From assembly GCF_902459465.1 (NCBI RefSeq), contig NC_047067.1, positions 21,824,001 through 21,888,000 on the forward strand: DNA of 64,000 nt. The letters run 5' to 3'. Shown here piece after piece: positions 48,801-59,246 of this stretch. This DNA is from Asterias rubens. Lineage: Eukaryota. Numbering within the stretch: position 1 is the first letter of the stretch; the number at the start of each line of letters is the position of its first letter. A model generated the notes under the pieces. That model searched no databases. It worked only from the letters and a program-made list of their open reading frames with translations, and had not been told where the DNA came from. Position numbers and translations under genes: made by a program.

Positions 48801-51800
48801 CTGTCAGTTATTTGTAAATGTGTGAACTTAAAAAAAAAATAAAAATGTTCCGAAAGTGTCCAATGGCTTCAAAGGCACTGGTAATTGCCATATATTCTTT
48901 TTGATGTACAAATGTATTCCAACGTAAGTATGCTTAGAGTAATAAATCTGTGAAATTTGGGCTCAATTGGTCATCGATGTTGGAATGGAAGAAAATAATG
49001 AAGGAAAAATGTGTGTGGAGTGAGTTGTTTCTCATAATGTTTTGTATTATCAATAGCTCTCCATTGCTCATTACCAAGTAAGTTTTTATGCTAATATATA
49101 TTTTGAGTATTTACCAAAAGTGTCTGCAGTTTCTTCAAGCAATAAAACCGTTAAACAATACCCCCTGGCGCTCTTTTGTATAAATGTGGTATTTGGACCA
49201 GCGACAAATACAGGAAGAACAATATTATCTTCCTCCATGCAGTTGCTATGCCAACCAGGAAAGCCAACCGGAAAAGACTCCACTAAAAAAAATTCCTTAA
49301 TATCTAAAAAATAAATCATTATGCGATCAAATGTCTTCCTTTACAGACATTTCCTGTGTGTTCGAAAGAAAAACAATCACAACACAACTCGGATAAATCC
49401 TTCAATACAAATTCTTCATCACGGTGTAAACACACATTACATGACTTCGCTCAATGCAATTTTCGCATCCCTAAGGATACATCTTTTCTACATTCCTTTG
49501 TTCCTGTACTTAACATCCTGCCATAGGCTTTGTACATAAAATTATCCTCGATTAGAAATCACAGAATTCCCTGCTTCCACCATGTCCACACGGGCTGATT
49601 GTTGCTTATGCTAAGCATAGCCCTTGCCCAGTTTCATAAAGCCTGTGGGCACATACATGTAAACTTGGTAAGCACAACCAAACTCTGCTTAGCAAAATTA
49701 AGTTACCAGCCAGAATACTATACAGTTACCACTGCTGTCACGAGTACCCCACTCATTCATGTTTATCATAGAAATTTGCTAATAAGCAGAAATTTGCTAG
49801 ACAGCTTTATGAAATTGGGTCATGGATGAAATTCACAGAATGTTTTTCCCATCGTTTGTTAACTCGTAAGACCATGGCCCAATGGCCACATCATACACAG
49901 CATGTGTCCTCCATTGGTATTAGGATAAAAACAAACGACATGTACTGATGACATATGTTTTTATCATTCGACTCTACAGGGATTTTAGAACAATTTAATT
50001 ACATTTTATTTATTGTTTTACAGTATAATCAAAATCACATGTGTATAAGGCCTAACACTACAACACTACAACACCGCCAAGACCAAAATTAAAACTTAAC
50101 TAAAATATTGTATCTCAAATGTGTAGTCCCAATTTGTTTCCAGATGTACACACGCTCAAATCTCAGAGTATTTTTTTTCTTCTTTTCTGTTTCGCAAGCA
50201 CGTTGCAAAATAATTGCAAGCAGATTACTTTTGCCACGCCAACAAATTTAGTTTCTCAGTTTGCACATTTGTAAAAATTTGTTCCTAAAATATGATTGTC
50301 CCCTACCTACCGACAGCATCTTTTAAACCCCAGCATCAGCAAACAAAAATATTTGTTGCTAGGCCCAGTGACCTTTCTGAATATCTATTCATTTCTACAC
50401 AGATGAATAATATTTATAAAAATTCTCAGAGTTTTTGACTAGTAGATTCTTTCAAATCAATTGACTCGCCATTTTCAGGAAACCCTCTCTAACATGAAAC
50501 GTGAAATCTCATTTTGTGGATCGGTCTTACTCAATATTTTGATACAAAAGTGTTGTTTTGTCCCACTCAAAGTGCTTTCTTATTATGCACAATGTCAGTG
50601 AAAAGAATTTGTTTTCCATTTTGACAGGAAACGGGATGAAAGTTATGTGTTCTTCCAAAGCATACAGCTGTTTCCTGTTTATAAAGACACAGCATCAGAT
50701 TGGCAAGGATCCACTATAAGCCAAAATCTTTTATAAGGAAAATAAGACTCACCATTTTATGGTTGACTTGAGATTAGGCTGAGTGACGGTGCTATCATCG
50801 ATATATATCGTTGAGCAGGAGCTAGACTTGGTTAGTCCCTTGCTTCTTCTGTGGTTGGCTGCCCTGGCGGTCAGTAGCTGCATCTGGTGCTGTTTTCGTC
50901 TTTCACGGACCACTTCTAGGTAATTGATTATAGGAGAAAAAAATTAACCATTGAAACAGAACGATGTGCAGTTATTCAAAAACTCGATCCACTATACGAA
51001 AGGAGTAATACTGGCCGACTGAAAACTTTTAACTCCTCATATTCAGAGGTTACTTAAGTTAAAGGAACACGTTGCCTTGGATCGGTCGAGTTGGTCTTTG
51101 AAAAAGCGTTTGTAACCGTTTGTTATAAAATGCATATACATGTATGCACTTTCTAGGGCCATGTCCGAAATTGTTTGCTTCGGCAGCGGCCCTGGCTGGA
51201 ATGCCCAAAAGTCATATTTTCCAATGTTGGCGTTGAAGTCATGGCCATAAATGCTTAATTCATACACAGCCCATCAGTGGAAGACTTTAGAATGTTAGGT
51301 GGCAGCAAAAATACCAGATAAGCGTCCATTGTTCTCGTACTTCTGAGCATGCGCACACTTCCATTAACAGCAAGTCTGCTGCCATCTAGTGTCCCAATAG
51401 TCAGCACGTCTGCTGCCATCTAGTGTCCCAATAGTCCCATTGGCCATTGAGTCGTCATTTGTCTAAAAATTGACAATATTTCACAATAATGCTCACCCAA
51501 TGTTTGTGACTTAGACATAAATAGAGTACTTATTCTTGGGTGCAGTGACGGGTCATCTGTATCCTCTGAAAATATACAAAAAAATACTAAGTTAGAATTT
51601 CAACAAAGCACTGATAGTTTACATGAATACAGGTCTCAAATTTTATCTTTGAGATGGCAAGGCCATTCTCATTTATTAAAAGGCACTACAACTGCACAAT
51701 GTTAAAATGTATGGAAACTTATGAAGGGGCACCAGGGCCTAGACCAGGGCAAAAGAGGCAACGTTGTCCATGGCCTCTGTGTGTATAAATCCAGGGCAAG

Positions 51801-54800
51801 ACTTCACAAGGATCCAAGACAGATCTGAACTGTCAATCAATCTTAACTGCTAAGCAGAGGTGATGTCACAATACAAATCTGTAAATATTGACAACTCATC
51901 TTTAGGTGAATCTAAGTGCTTCGTGAAATCAAGCCTGAGCCTGTGAACAGACCAGGTTTTTTAACCCTTAACTTTTTTCAGTGACTAACGACCAGTGAAA
52001 AAAGTTAACGACCAATTGAGGAGCTGGTGATCATTGAAACCAATAAGCTTTTTTAATTGCTTGTTAGCTTTTTTATTGCTCGTTAGTCACTCAGCAAATC
52101 TTGAGCCTAAAAGGTTTCTTTTAACATTTGTATTTGGGGCTTGAGTTTGAAACAATCTGTGGCTCCTATCCGTGCATGCAGTGAATTTCATGTAGTAAAT
52201 AGATTTTCCTGCAAGCAATGACCTAGCTACTAATAGTTATCACACAATAAGTAATTACCTGTTCCATATTTAATAATAAATTTATCTTCACGCATATTTG
52301 ACGCACAACTTAAAATAGCGTAATACGCTGAGTTGATATGGGTGTGATATGGACCATACAGTATGGGTTAAAATCACAATGTTGTTGCCATGGCTTGACC
52401 AAACGGAACCAGCAAATTTGAAGTTTGCTTTCAGACCACTTTAATAGAATTTTGACGGTTCCTCAGCATTTTCTCAGCCGAATCACTGTAAAGAGCGAAC
52501 GCTGACAATACACTACCACTTTATAATTAGATTTCATTATTTTATAGGCTCCACTGTGTATGCTGTGCATAATGTGCAACGAATTGCTTTTCATTCGAGC
52601 TTTAGATGCATTATGATTATTGCGCAAGAAAACGCATGACGAGGCAAGTCAAATTGTACATGTTGTACTACATGATTTAAAACATGGACTAAAATGTCAA
52701 ATCATTTGACCTGGCAATTGCTTTCTGCGTGTACACATGATCATTAACTAAGAGTTACCCACTGAAGGGTATGTACATCTAACTGTACAGTACATGAAAG
52801 CAATAAGTTATTGCCATCACTAACATCATTTTGACAGCTGTTTTTATTCTTAAAGGAGCACGTTGCCTTGGATCGGACGAGTTGGTCTATAAAAAGCGTT
52901 TGAAACCGTTTGTTATGAAATGCATATGGTTAGAAAGATGTTTTAAAAGTAGAATACAATGATCTACACAAGTATCACTCAAAATTGCACGGTTTTTCTT
53001 TTACGTCGCGAACTATCACGGTCGGCCATTTATGGGAGTCAAAATTTTGACTCCCATAAATGGCCGCCGTGTTAGTGAACAAGGTAAAAAGAAAACCACG
53101 CAATTTGGAGGCATATTTGTGTAGATCATTGTATTCTACTTTTACAACATCTTTCTACCCATGTGCATTTTATAACAAACGGTTACAGAACGCTTTTCAA
53201 AGACCAACTCGACCGATCCAAGGCAACGTGTTCCTTTAAGATGAGCTGTAAACTATCCATGAGAAAACACTTCATTTCAGGCATTTGTCAGACACGGATC
53301 TTGTAAATCACACCAAAAAATAGGGATATGTTTATAAACAAATATTTGTACAGTGGTTTTTTTTTTCAGAAAAAGAAATGTGATTTACAATGTGTTTGTC
53401 AAACACAGAACTTGCAAGCACACCAAAAAAGACGAAACTGTATTGGACACAAATGTCATCAAACCCACAGAAAAACAAATTAAAAACATAATAACAATAA
53501 AGACATTTGTATAGCACCTAATGCAAACGCCTCTAAGCGCATAAAGAAAACAATAAAATATACAGTGAGTGAAAGACACAATAAAAGTTTTTAACAGAGA
53601 CTTAAAACAATATAAAGAGAAAATTAGCCGAAAAAATATGCAAGCCTGATACATGTCCAGTATGAATTACATTTCATAATAATGTATTAATGCGTGTGTA
53701 CAGTGGGATTGACAATCTGCACTGATGAACAGTCATGAATATGCATGACTTACTTATTGACAATCTGCATTGAAGAACATTCATGAATATCCATGACTTA
53801 CTTATTGACAATCTGCACTGATAAACAGTCATGAATATGCATGACTTACTTATTGACAATCTGCATTGAAGAACATTCATGAATATCCATGACTTACTTA
53901 TTGACAATCTGCACTGAAGAACATTCATGAATATGCATGACTTACTTATTGACAATCTGCACTGATGAACAGTCATGAATATGTATGACTTACTTTACAA
54001 ACACATTCTTTGTAAATGTTCTGTTAATACCACGCACACAAAAAAGTTAGAGTCCTTACGTTTCGACCTTATGGTGCTTGTTCAAGTAAAATACAGGTTT
54101 ATGTGTTCTACTGTGTAGGATGTTGTTGTTGTTGTTGTTTTGATTCTTGTCTTAAAAACAAAATTCTTGTCCAGTAAAGCATTTTGAGCTACTGAGTCTT
54201 GTCGCCTTCTTGCCCCTGTGGCCCTAGTTGGATTGCCAGCTTCGTGTAAGTCCGTTGTGAGTAGAGTTATACTTGGTTCTCTCTTAAATGCCACACAGGT
54301 TTTTCTTCCCTCCGGAAAAATAAACCACTTTAGATCTTTGCCTGTGCCCTGTGGTCATACGTTATAGAGTGTTTATTGGTCAATGTGGCTGGCTGCCATG
54401 ACTGCAGCTCAAACACGCTGCAGCCACATCCTTCATACATGTATATCATGTTTCTGGATTTATTTGTTTGTCAATCATGATTTGATTTGTTGTCTCAAAT
54501 TTACACAGTGATGAAGAACAGTGAACATGGGGTAGCGACTACTAGCCCATGTGCTCCTCCTACTAGAGAACATAAACATGTAGCGATGAACACATTATGG
54601 ACCAACATTCTGCAGCTGATTTCACGAAACGCTAGGATTAATCCTAACTCGAGTTAGGACGAGTAACCTGTCCTAACTTAGGATGTGTTCAATGCTTCCC
54701 ACACAATTGGATACGGAACTGAACCCATCCTTAGTCTTAAGATTGATCCTAAGTTAGGAAGAGTTTGGTGAAATCGACGGCAGGTTACCTAATGAAAGAC

Positions 54801-56484
54801 CTTTAACATTCAGGATATTAGTTTCACACGTATGTTCACGTATTTACCATGTAGGTCATGCATATATTCATGAAGGAAGTACTACATGTACATGTTCATT
54901 ACAACAACCTTCCTGAACTAGTTTCTTATTCAGTGCTATCAGCAAGTGACCTAGGGGACGTTCAGAGTAATCAAGGTTTGAAAATTTCAAATTTTTTTTT
55001 AAAGTTTGACCCACCCATACACGCACACCAAATATCATTTGTAATTATGACCATGTTTTGACCATGTGGCATATTATCAATGTAACTCCCTCTTTGTCAA
55101 ACACTGTACCATGTGTACATGACTTCGTTCACATATCGTGTACAAGGACATCAACACTAGTATTGTACACGTCGCTTCTACTAATACATGAACTTGGATA
55201 ATGATTTGTTTTTATATATGTGTTGACCCTGTTAAGCTTGGGCGATATCACGATATTATCGAATATCTCGATATTAATTTGGACATGATTTCGATATCGG
55301 ATGGATTTGGTTTTAATCGAAATATCGATATATCGCGATATATCGATCAAATATCGCGAAGTATTTGCTAGCTGAGACATCTTGCACCCCATAGGTTTGG
55401 AGTAAAACCAGAAGAATAGGTCATTAGAACACCTCTCTTATGCCAAGACTGTCACTTCTACAACTTTCACTTGGAGTTTTAAGACTGATGATCGCGATTA
55501 TATCGAATATCGCGATATATTGTCGGCGATATATCGTGAATAAAATAAATCGATATCGCCCAAGCTTAGACCCTGTAGGTCTTTTACATCGTTACAAGAA
55601 TAAGTAGTTGCAGATTGGAAGATTGGGTGGAATAAGTGTTAAAGGAGCAGCGGATGAAACAGATTATCCTGGGGACAAAAATAAGCTGGAAAGAAGGGAA
55701 GTTGGAAAGGATGGGTGGAGTAGAAATGTAAGAAAGGTGTTGCTAATTCAATTATCTCCACGTGGTTTTCTAACAACAAATACATGAGGGGATGTATACA
55801 GGCCTGGAATTTCATCTGTACAAGAGTAAGGCCATTTTCATTTTGCAGAGGGCACACTAGGAAATCTTAAAGTCTATCTGAGAAACTTTTGAAGGGGCAC
55901 CAAGGCCAAAACCAGGGCAATTGAGGCCTGTGTACAACAATGTACTGTACAACAATGTACCTGGAAGATACACACATGTACAGGTAATACATGTACCCGA
56001 GAACAGTTAAAGAATAAATCAAAATGCCAAGATAGTGCCATGCTGTATACATAATTAGGATTAAAACTGCCTCTAGCTACTGGGCAATTTCGGTGGTCTA
56101 GTTGGTATGACACTGCTCTAGAACTGCAAAGGTCGTGGGTTCGAATCCGACCTGAGTATTATGCCTGTGACTTTTTTCTTCTTGGTTGAACAAATATAAA
56201 TATGATTAAAAGTGTTATTGTTCTGCATCTATTATAAATGACAACTAATTGATACAATAATTGGCAAAGTAAAACAAAAACATTCTCCAGCTCTCACCTT
56301 CAACAAACTGTTCCCTGTCGCTGATATGTTGTAGGTTTGGGAAGGATTCATTGACCTCTAGCTTTAGACTGTCTTTCTTAACCGCTTTGTAGCTGGTGTC
56401 GTTGTGCTGCGGTCGCTGGATGTTATTTGTCCGCCTAGTCTTATCTTGTCCGTCACTGGTTTTGCAATCCAGGCAGTTCCCCAT
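42857..56484 (-). CDS. CCNY: Cyclin Y (358 aa)
   Basis: Minus-strand exons 56484-56298, 51565-51497, 50915-50753, 47305-47218, 46916-46797, 45970-45804, 43648-43486, 42976-42857; GT-AG, 1077 nt. N-terminal MGNCLDC lipidation motif, [82 protein letters not shown] and C-terminal AIIS match cyclin Y. Confidence 0.97.
43225..43412 (-). mobile_element. tRNA-Leu-derived SINE (5' part)
   Basis: CCGGGACTCGAACCCACCCTCTGCTGATCAGAAACACC...TTAACCGCTCGACCACGA is the reverse complement of the head. Confidence 0.8.
44285..45080. repeat. Degenerate ~155-220-bp tandem repeat array in a CCNY intron
   Basis: Anchor ACACTGGAAAG at ~44442, 44665, 44818 and 44979; recurring AAAACACACAAATAT and CCAGCTCAAGCCCAAAGGA. 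Confidence 0.8.
45577..45755. mobile_element. PIF/Harbinger-like MITE with TTA target duplication
   Basis: TIRs AGGCCCGGTCCCACTG / CAGTGGGACCGGGCCT flanked by TTA at 45574-45576 and 45756-45758. Confidence 0.85.
46322..46463. mobile_element. MITE family E relative
   Basis: Perfect 23-bp TIRs GGGTCGATTTCACAAAGAGTTAG / CTAACTCTTTGTGAAATCGACCC. Confidence 0.85.
46468..46732 (-). mobile_element. tRNA-Leu-derived SINE, body type 3
   Basis: Reverse complement of ~38770-39030 (CCAGGAACACC..GGCGAACCCCTTCTCTTT, GCACTGGGTTCTT, ACCGGGACTCGAAC). Confidence 0.85.
47490..47723. mobile_element. Two right-end fragments of the TTAA palindromic MITE family B
   Basis: GACCAACTCG.C.GATCCAAGGCAAC.TGTTCCTTTAA ends at 47605 and 47723. 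A left-end fragment lies at 51059-51140 and the full copy at 52850-53239. Confidence 0.8.
48503..48872. mobile_element. TTAA-type (Kolobok-like) MITE, family A relative
   Basis: TIRs AAGCCATTGGACACTTTCGG / CCGAAAGTGTCCAATGGCTT with TTAA/TCAA flanks; a related decayed element follows at ~48873-49140. Confidence 0.85.
51283..51436. mobile_element. Small inverted-repeat element with CTCF-like motifs in its arms; right arm duplicated
   Basis: Left arm GACTTTAGAATGTTAGGTGGCAGCA; right arm TGCTGCCATCTAGTGTCCCAATAGTC at 51377-51402 and again at 51411-51436. Confidence 0.6.
52850..53239. mobile_element. Full-length palindromic TTAA MITE (Kolobok-like, family B)
   Basis: TTAA flanks; the whole 390 bp is a near-perfect palindrome with a perfect centre GGCCATTTATGGGAGTCAAAA|TTTTGACTCCCATAAATGGCC (axis 53044/53045). 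Confidence 0.9.
53708..53995. repeat. 48-bp minisatellite, 6 units, alternating variants
   Basis: ATTGACAATCTGCAYTGAWGAACAKTCATGAATATSCATGACTTACTT-like unit at 53708, 53756, 53804, 53852, 53900 and 53948. Confidence 0.95.
54611..54782. mobile_element. MITE family E
   Basis: TGCAGCTGATTTCACGAAACGCTAGGATTAATCC...TTTGGTGAAATCGACGGCA. Confidence 0.8.
55233..55568. mobile_element. hAT-type MITE with intact 8-bp target-site duplication
   Basis: 17-bp TIRs TAAGCTTGGGCGATATC / GATATCGCCCAAGCTTA; GACCCTGT at 55225-55232 and 55569-55576; subterminal ATATCG repeats. Confidence 0.92.
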
Positions 56485-57336
56485 GGTTTATGAATGCTTG
56501 ACGCAATCCTCAGATGTATCTTGATTGTGTGTGGTTGTATCCTCTGCTAGGTTTGGCATATATCCCACTTGAACTTTGTTCAGTTCTGTAATTAAATTAA
56601 TATTCGTATGAAATGTTAACAAGATCACTATTCAATCCTATCTCACACTCATTTAGGCACTGCAAGAAGCCTGAAAATCTTTCATACAATACTAAACACA
56701 CTGCATCTGTTAAATGTCTAATGTTAAACTGGAGTATCAGAACCAAAAGAAATGATCACAATTCATATGCAACTTCATTTTGAAAGTAAATGAAACTGCA
56801 TTTACAGCAATTTTCAGATGTCTAGTATGGGAATAAAAAACAGGAAGAATAACAGGAAATCAGCTGACCACATCCCAATTTCAAAAAACCTGTAGGCCTA
56901 AGCATAAAAACTTGCTAAGCTTAATTAAACAATCTTGTCTAACAAAATTCCATTAGGTTTCAAATCGCGCCTCTGGTGCTCCCCCCCCCCCCTCACTTTT
57001 TTTTTGCTTAGCAAAGAAACTCACTTAGCAGTATTTTCTATGGTGTAGGATACACCCATTTTTCCGGCTTCTCAATATCATATATCATAATAGTATGTAA
57101 AAGAAAAACAAACAGTAACACAAACTCACACAGGCATTTATAAATTGGAGGCATATATGCATCAAGACGTATGATGCCCAATTCCGAGCTCTCGTGGTTG
57201 GGTTCATCCAAGGTGAAAGGGGGAGGGGCAATGTTTTTTACCCTGTTCCAACCCCAACCTTCCCCCACCCACAATTGTCAATCCTAACCCTACCCCTACC
57301 CCAAACCCTCACCCCCTCCCCCGCGAATCCAGTGAC

Positions 57337-57460
57337 CCGTGGTTGTGGCTTCAGTATTTGAAGCCACACAACCACGGCATAACTTAAGGGTGCATGGTTG
57401 TTGTGGCTTCACCTGTATGCAGCCACACAACCATGCCACTGTAATGTGCATGGTTGTGGC
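57337..57460. repeat. Tandem hairpin repeats
   Basis: Two hairpins (57337-57377, 57392-57436) built from TGGTTGTGGCTTCA / TG(A/C)AGCCACACAACCA, plus a third half-unit at ~57448-57460. Confidence 0.75.
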
Positions 57461-57905
57461 ACGGAATTGGGCTTCATATGTCGGTTGGTATATATATCTC
57501 ATAATTTGAGCTCCTAAGTCCAAATCAATTCGAATGCATGAAAAATCAGAGAGACTGACAGTCTAAAAAGATGGAAACATTTAATAACAAGCAAACACTG
57601 TGGTATTGAAACAAAATGACAAATACAAATGCCAACTGTCCACCCAATATGTCAAATACCACAGCCATCTTTTTATTATTGTTGATGGCCTTATAAAACT
57701 CCAAAAATGATATTGAAATAAACAGCTGATTTCGCCACTTCAATCACACTCTGTCATTCATATGAACACACACAGCTAGCTCAGGACAGAGCTAACCTAA
57801 TCATGTTTGTTGGAATCACAGTTTTGTATTTTCGTCAAACAAACCAATTTACAAACCTTGAATCTCAAATTACAGCAGAGCATCATCAGTACATTCCACA
57901 CTAGC

Positions 57906-58557
57906 ACTCACTGTGTTTCAGGCAATCTGTTTTCACACATTTTGCAGGTAAAAATAGGTGGAAAAGTATGGTAGTTTTGTGTTAAAAAAAAGACAGCACA
58001 CGAACATGCTTCCATTCCAGTCAGTGTATTGGAGTGAATCTGGTTTCGCTTCGCCCCCATACATGATACAATGAGTGCCTTGCATTCGTTTCAGCACGAG
58101 TGAGGCGTGGACCAGACGAATACACTTTTCGAAAGGGGTCATGTCAAGTTGTCGTAAAGTGAATGTGATTGGCTAGATATGACGTCAAAGGTGGTGTATT
58201 TTGACCTCTTTTGCCCCCCCCCCCCCCCCGAATGGTCCGGCGGAAGAAGTAAATAAACAGGTCGATCATCGATGTGTTACAAATCAAATACATTGTTATT
58301 AAAAGTATCATTTGGCTGTTTTAGGATGTGACGAACTTGAACTTTTCTGCTGCTAACTTTTTCTCCGTACTCGTGAGGTTGGAGGGGCGTATTTAGGCGA
58401 GGGCTCACACCGGGGGCAGAGGCTCCATTTCACCCACGGGCTAGGAGGGCAGTTGGGGTCAGCACGGTGACACCGGCAGATTTGTCATACATGTATGTTG
58501 GTTGATCTTCATTCATGGTTAGTTTTTTGGTTGGAACAAAAAGTGAGTGTGGTAAGT
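57906..58557. promoter_or_regulatory. Candidate bidirectional promoter and 5' UTR exons of CCNY (-) and CNP (+)
   Basis: CpG-rich. ATTGG (58168-58172), TGACGTCA (58180-58187) and CGGAAG (~58240) lie between a minus-strand donor (ACTCAC 57906-57911) and a plus-strand donor (GTAAGT 58552). Matching acceptors are at 56585 (-) and 59235 (+). Confidence 0.5.
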
Positions 58558-59246
58558 AAAGCATTTTCATCTCCATTGCTTGGTCACTTTATTTTGGTGT
58601 GCCATTTTTTATTAATAAAATAAGGAAACTTTGACTTGGTCATGTTGGTGGTTCTTTGAAAGTTTGAGTATGTGAATACATGTATGGATGCCAGAATGAT
58701 TTTGATAAAACAATTATTTGGCAAATTTACACTAGCTAGTACTAGTTGCACTTTACTTAAGTTATACTAATCATAGGATATTTCACCAGCAAGATATGAC
58801 CTGGAATGCCAATGACCTTTTCTGTTTATAAATGTTGTTCCATGGGAAATTTTCATTCATTATAATTTTCATTCATTTTGGAAAAAAAAAGTTTGTGTAA
58901 TGACCAATGATGGGGCTTTGTTCTCAAACTTTCTTTTTAGAAAAAAGCAGTGATCAATGAACCAATCTTCTTCGAAAAAAACTAGATCTAAAATTTTGTG
59001 TTTATACCTGTGTATAGTTGCGATAACGTAACCCCTCTTCGCCATCGGGAGGAGGGTTGCGTTATCGCAACTAACCAATGAACAGGTGTAAAGAGTGAAG
59101 AAATGAAATGATGTTCACAACGTTGGGTCGTTAACTATTCTTTGCATTTATACCCTTTTGGTTGGTATTTGGTAATAAGTTTGCATCAGGTAATTCTATT
59201 TTCTCATTTTAACAATAATTACTTCATTTCTCAGTAAGGTACTAGG

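Noticed and set aside
51173-51190. GCTTCGGCAGC resembles the 5' end of U6 snRNA
   Set aside because: The match stops after ~11 nt; no remaining U6 sequence.
53708-53995. Minisatellite units contain CTGATGA followed by a hairpin (retrozyme-like?) and give a 100-aa repeat ORF
   Set aside because: There is no GAAA/UH on either strand, so it is not a hammerhead. The ORF is simply a result of the 48-bp period having no stop in one frame.
54055-54086. Minus-strand GGTC-GAAA-CG-TA with a small stem, resembling a fourth hammerhead
   Set aside because: The CUGANGA core reads TTGAACA and stem I cannot form; at best a heavily decayed relic.
54082-54294. Minus-strand 70-aa ORF in CCNY intron 1 as a possible exon
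   Set aside because: It overlaps a dispersed repeat (GGGGCAAGAAGGC motif also near 25990), lacks good splice sites, and the CCNY model is complete without it.
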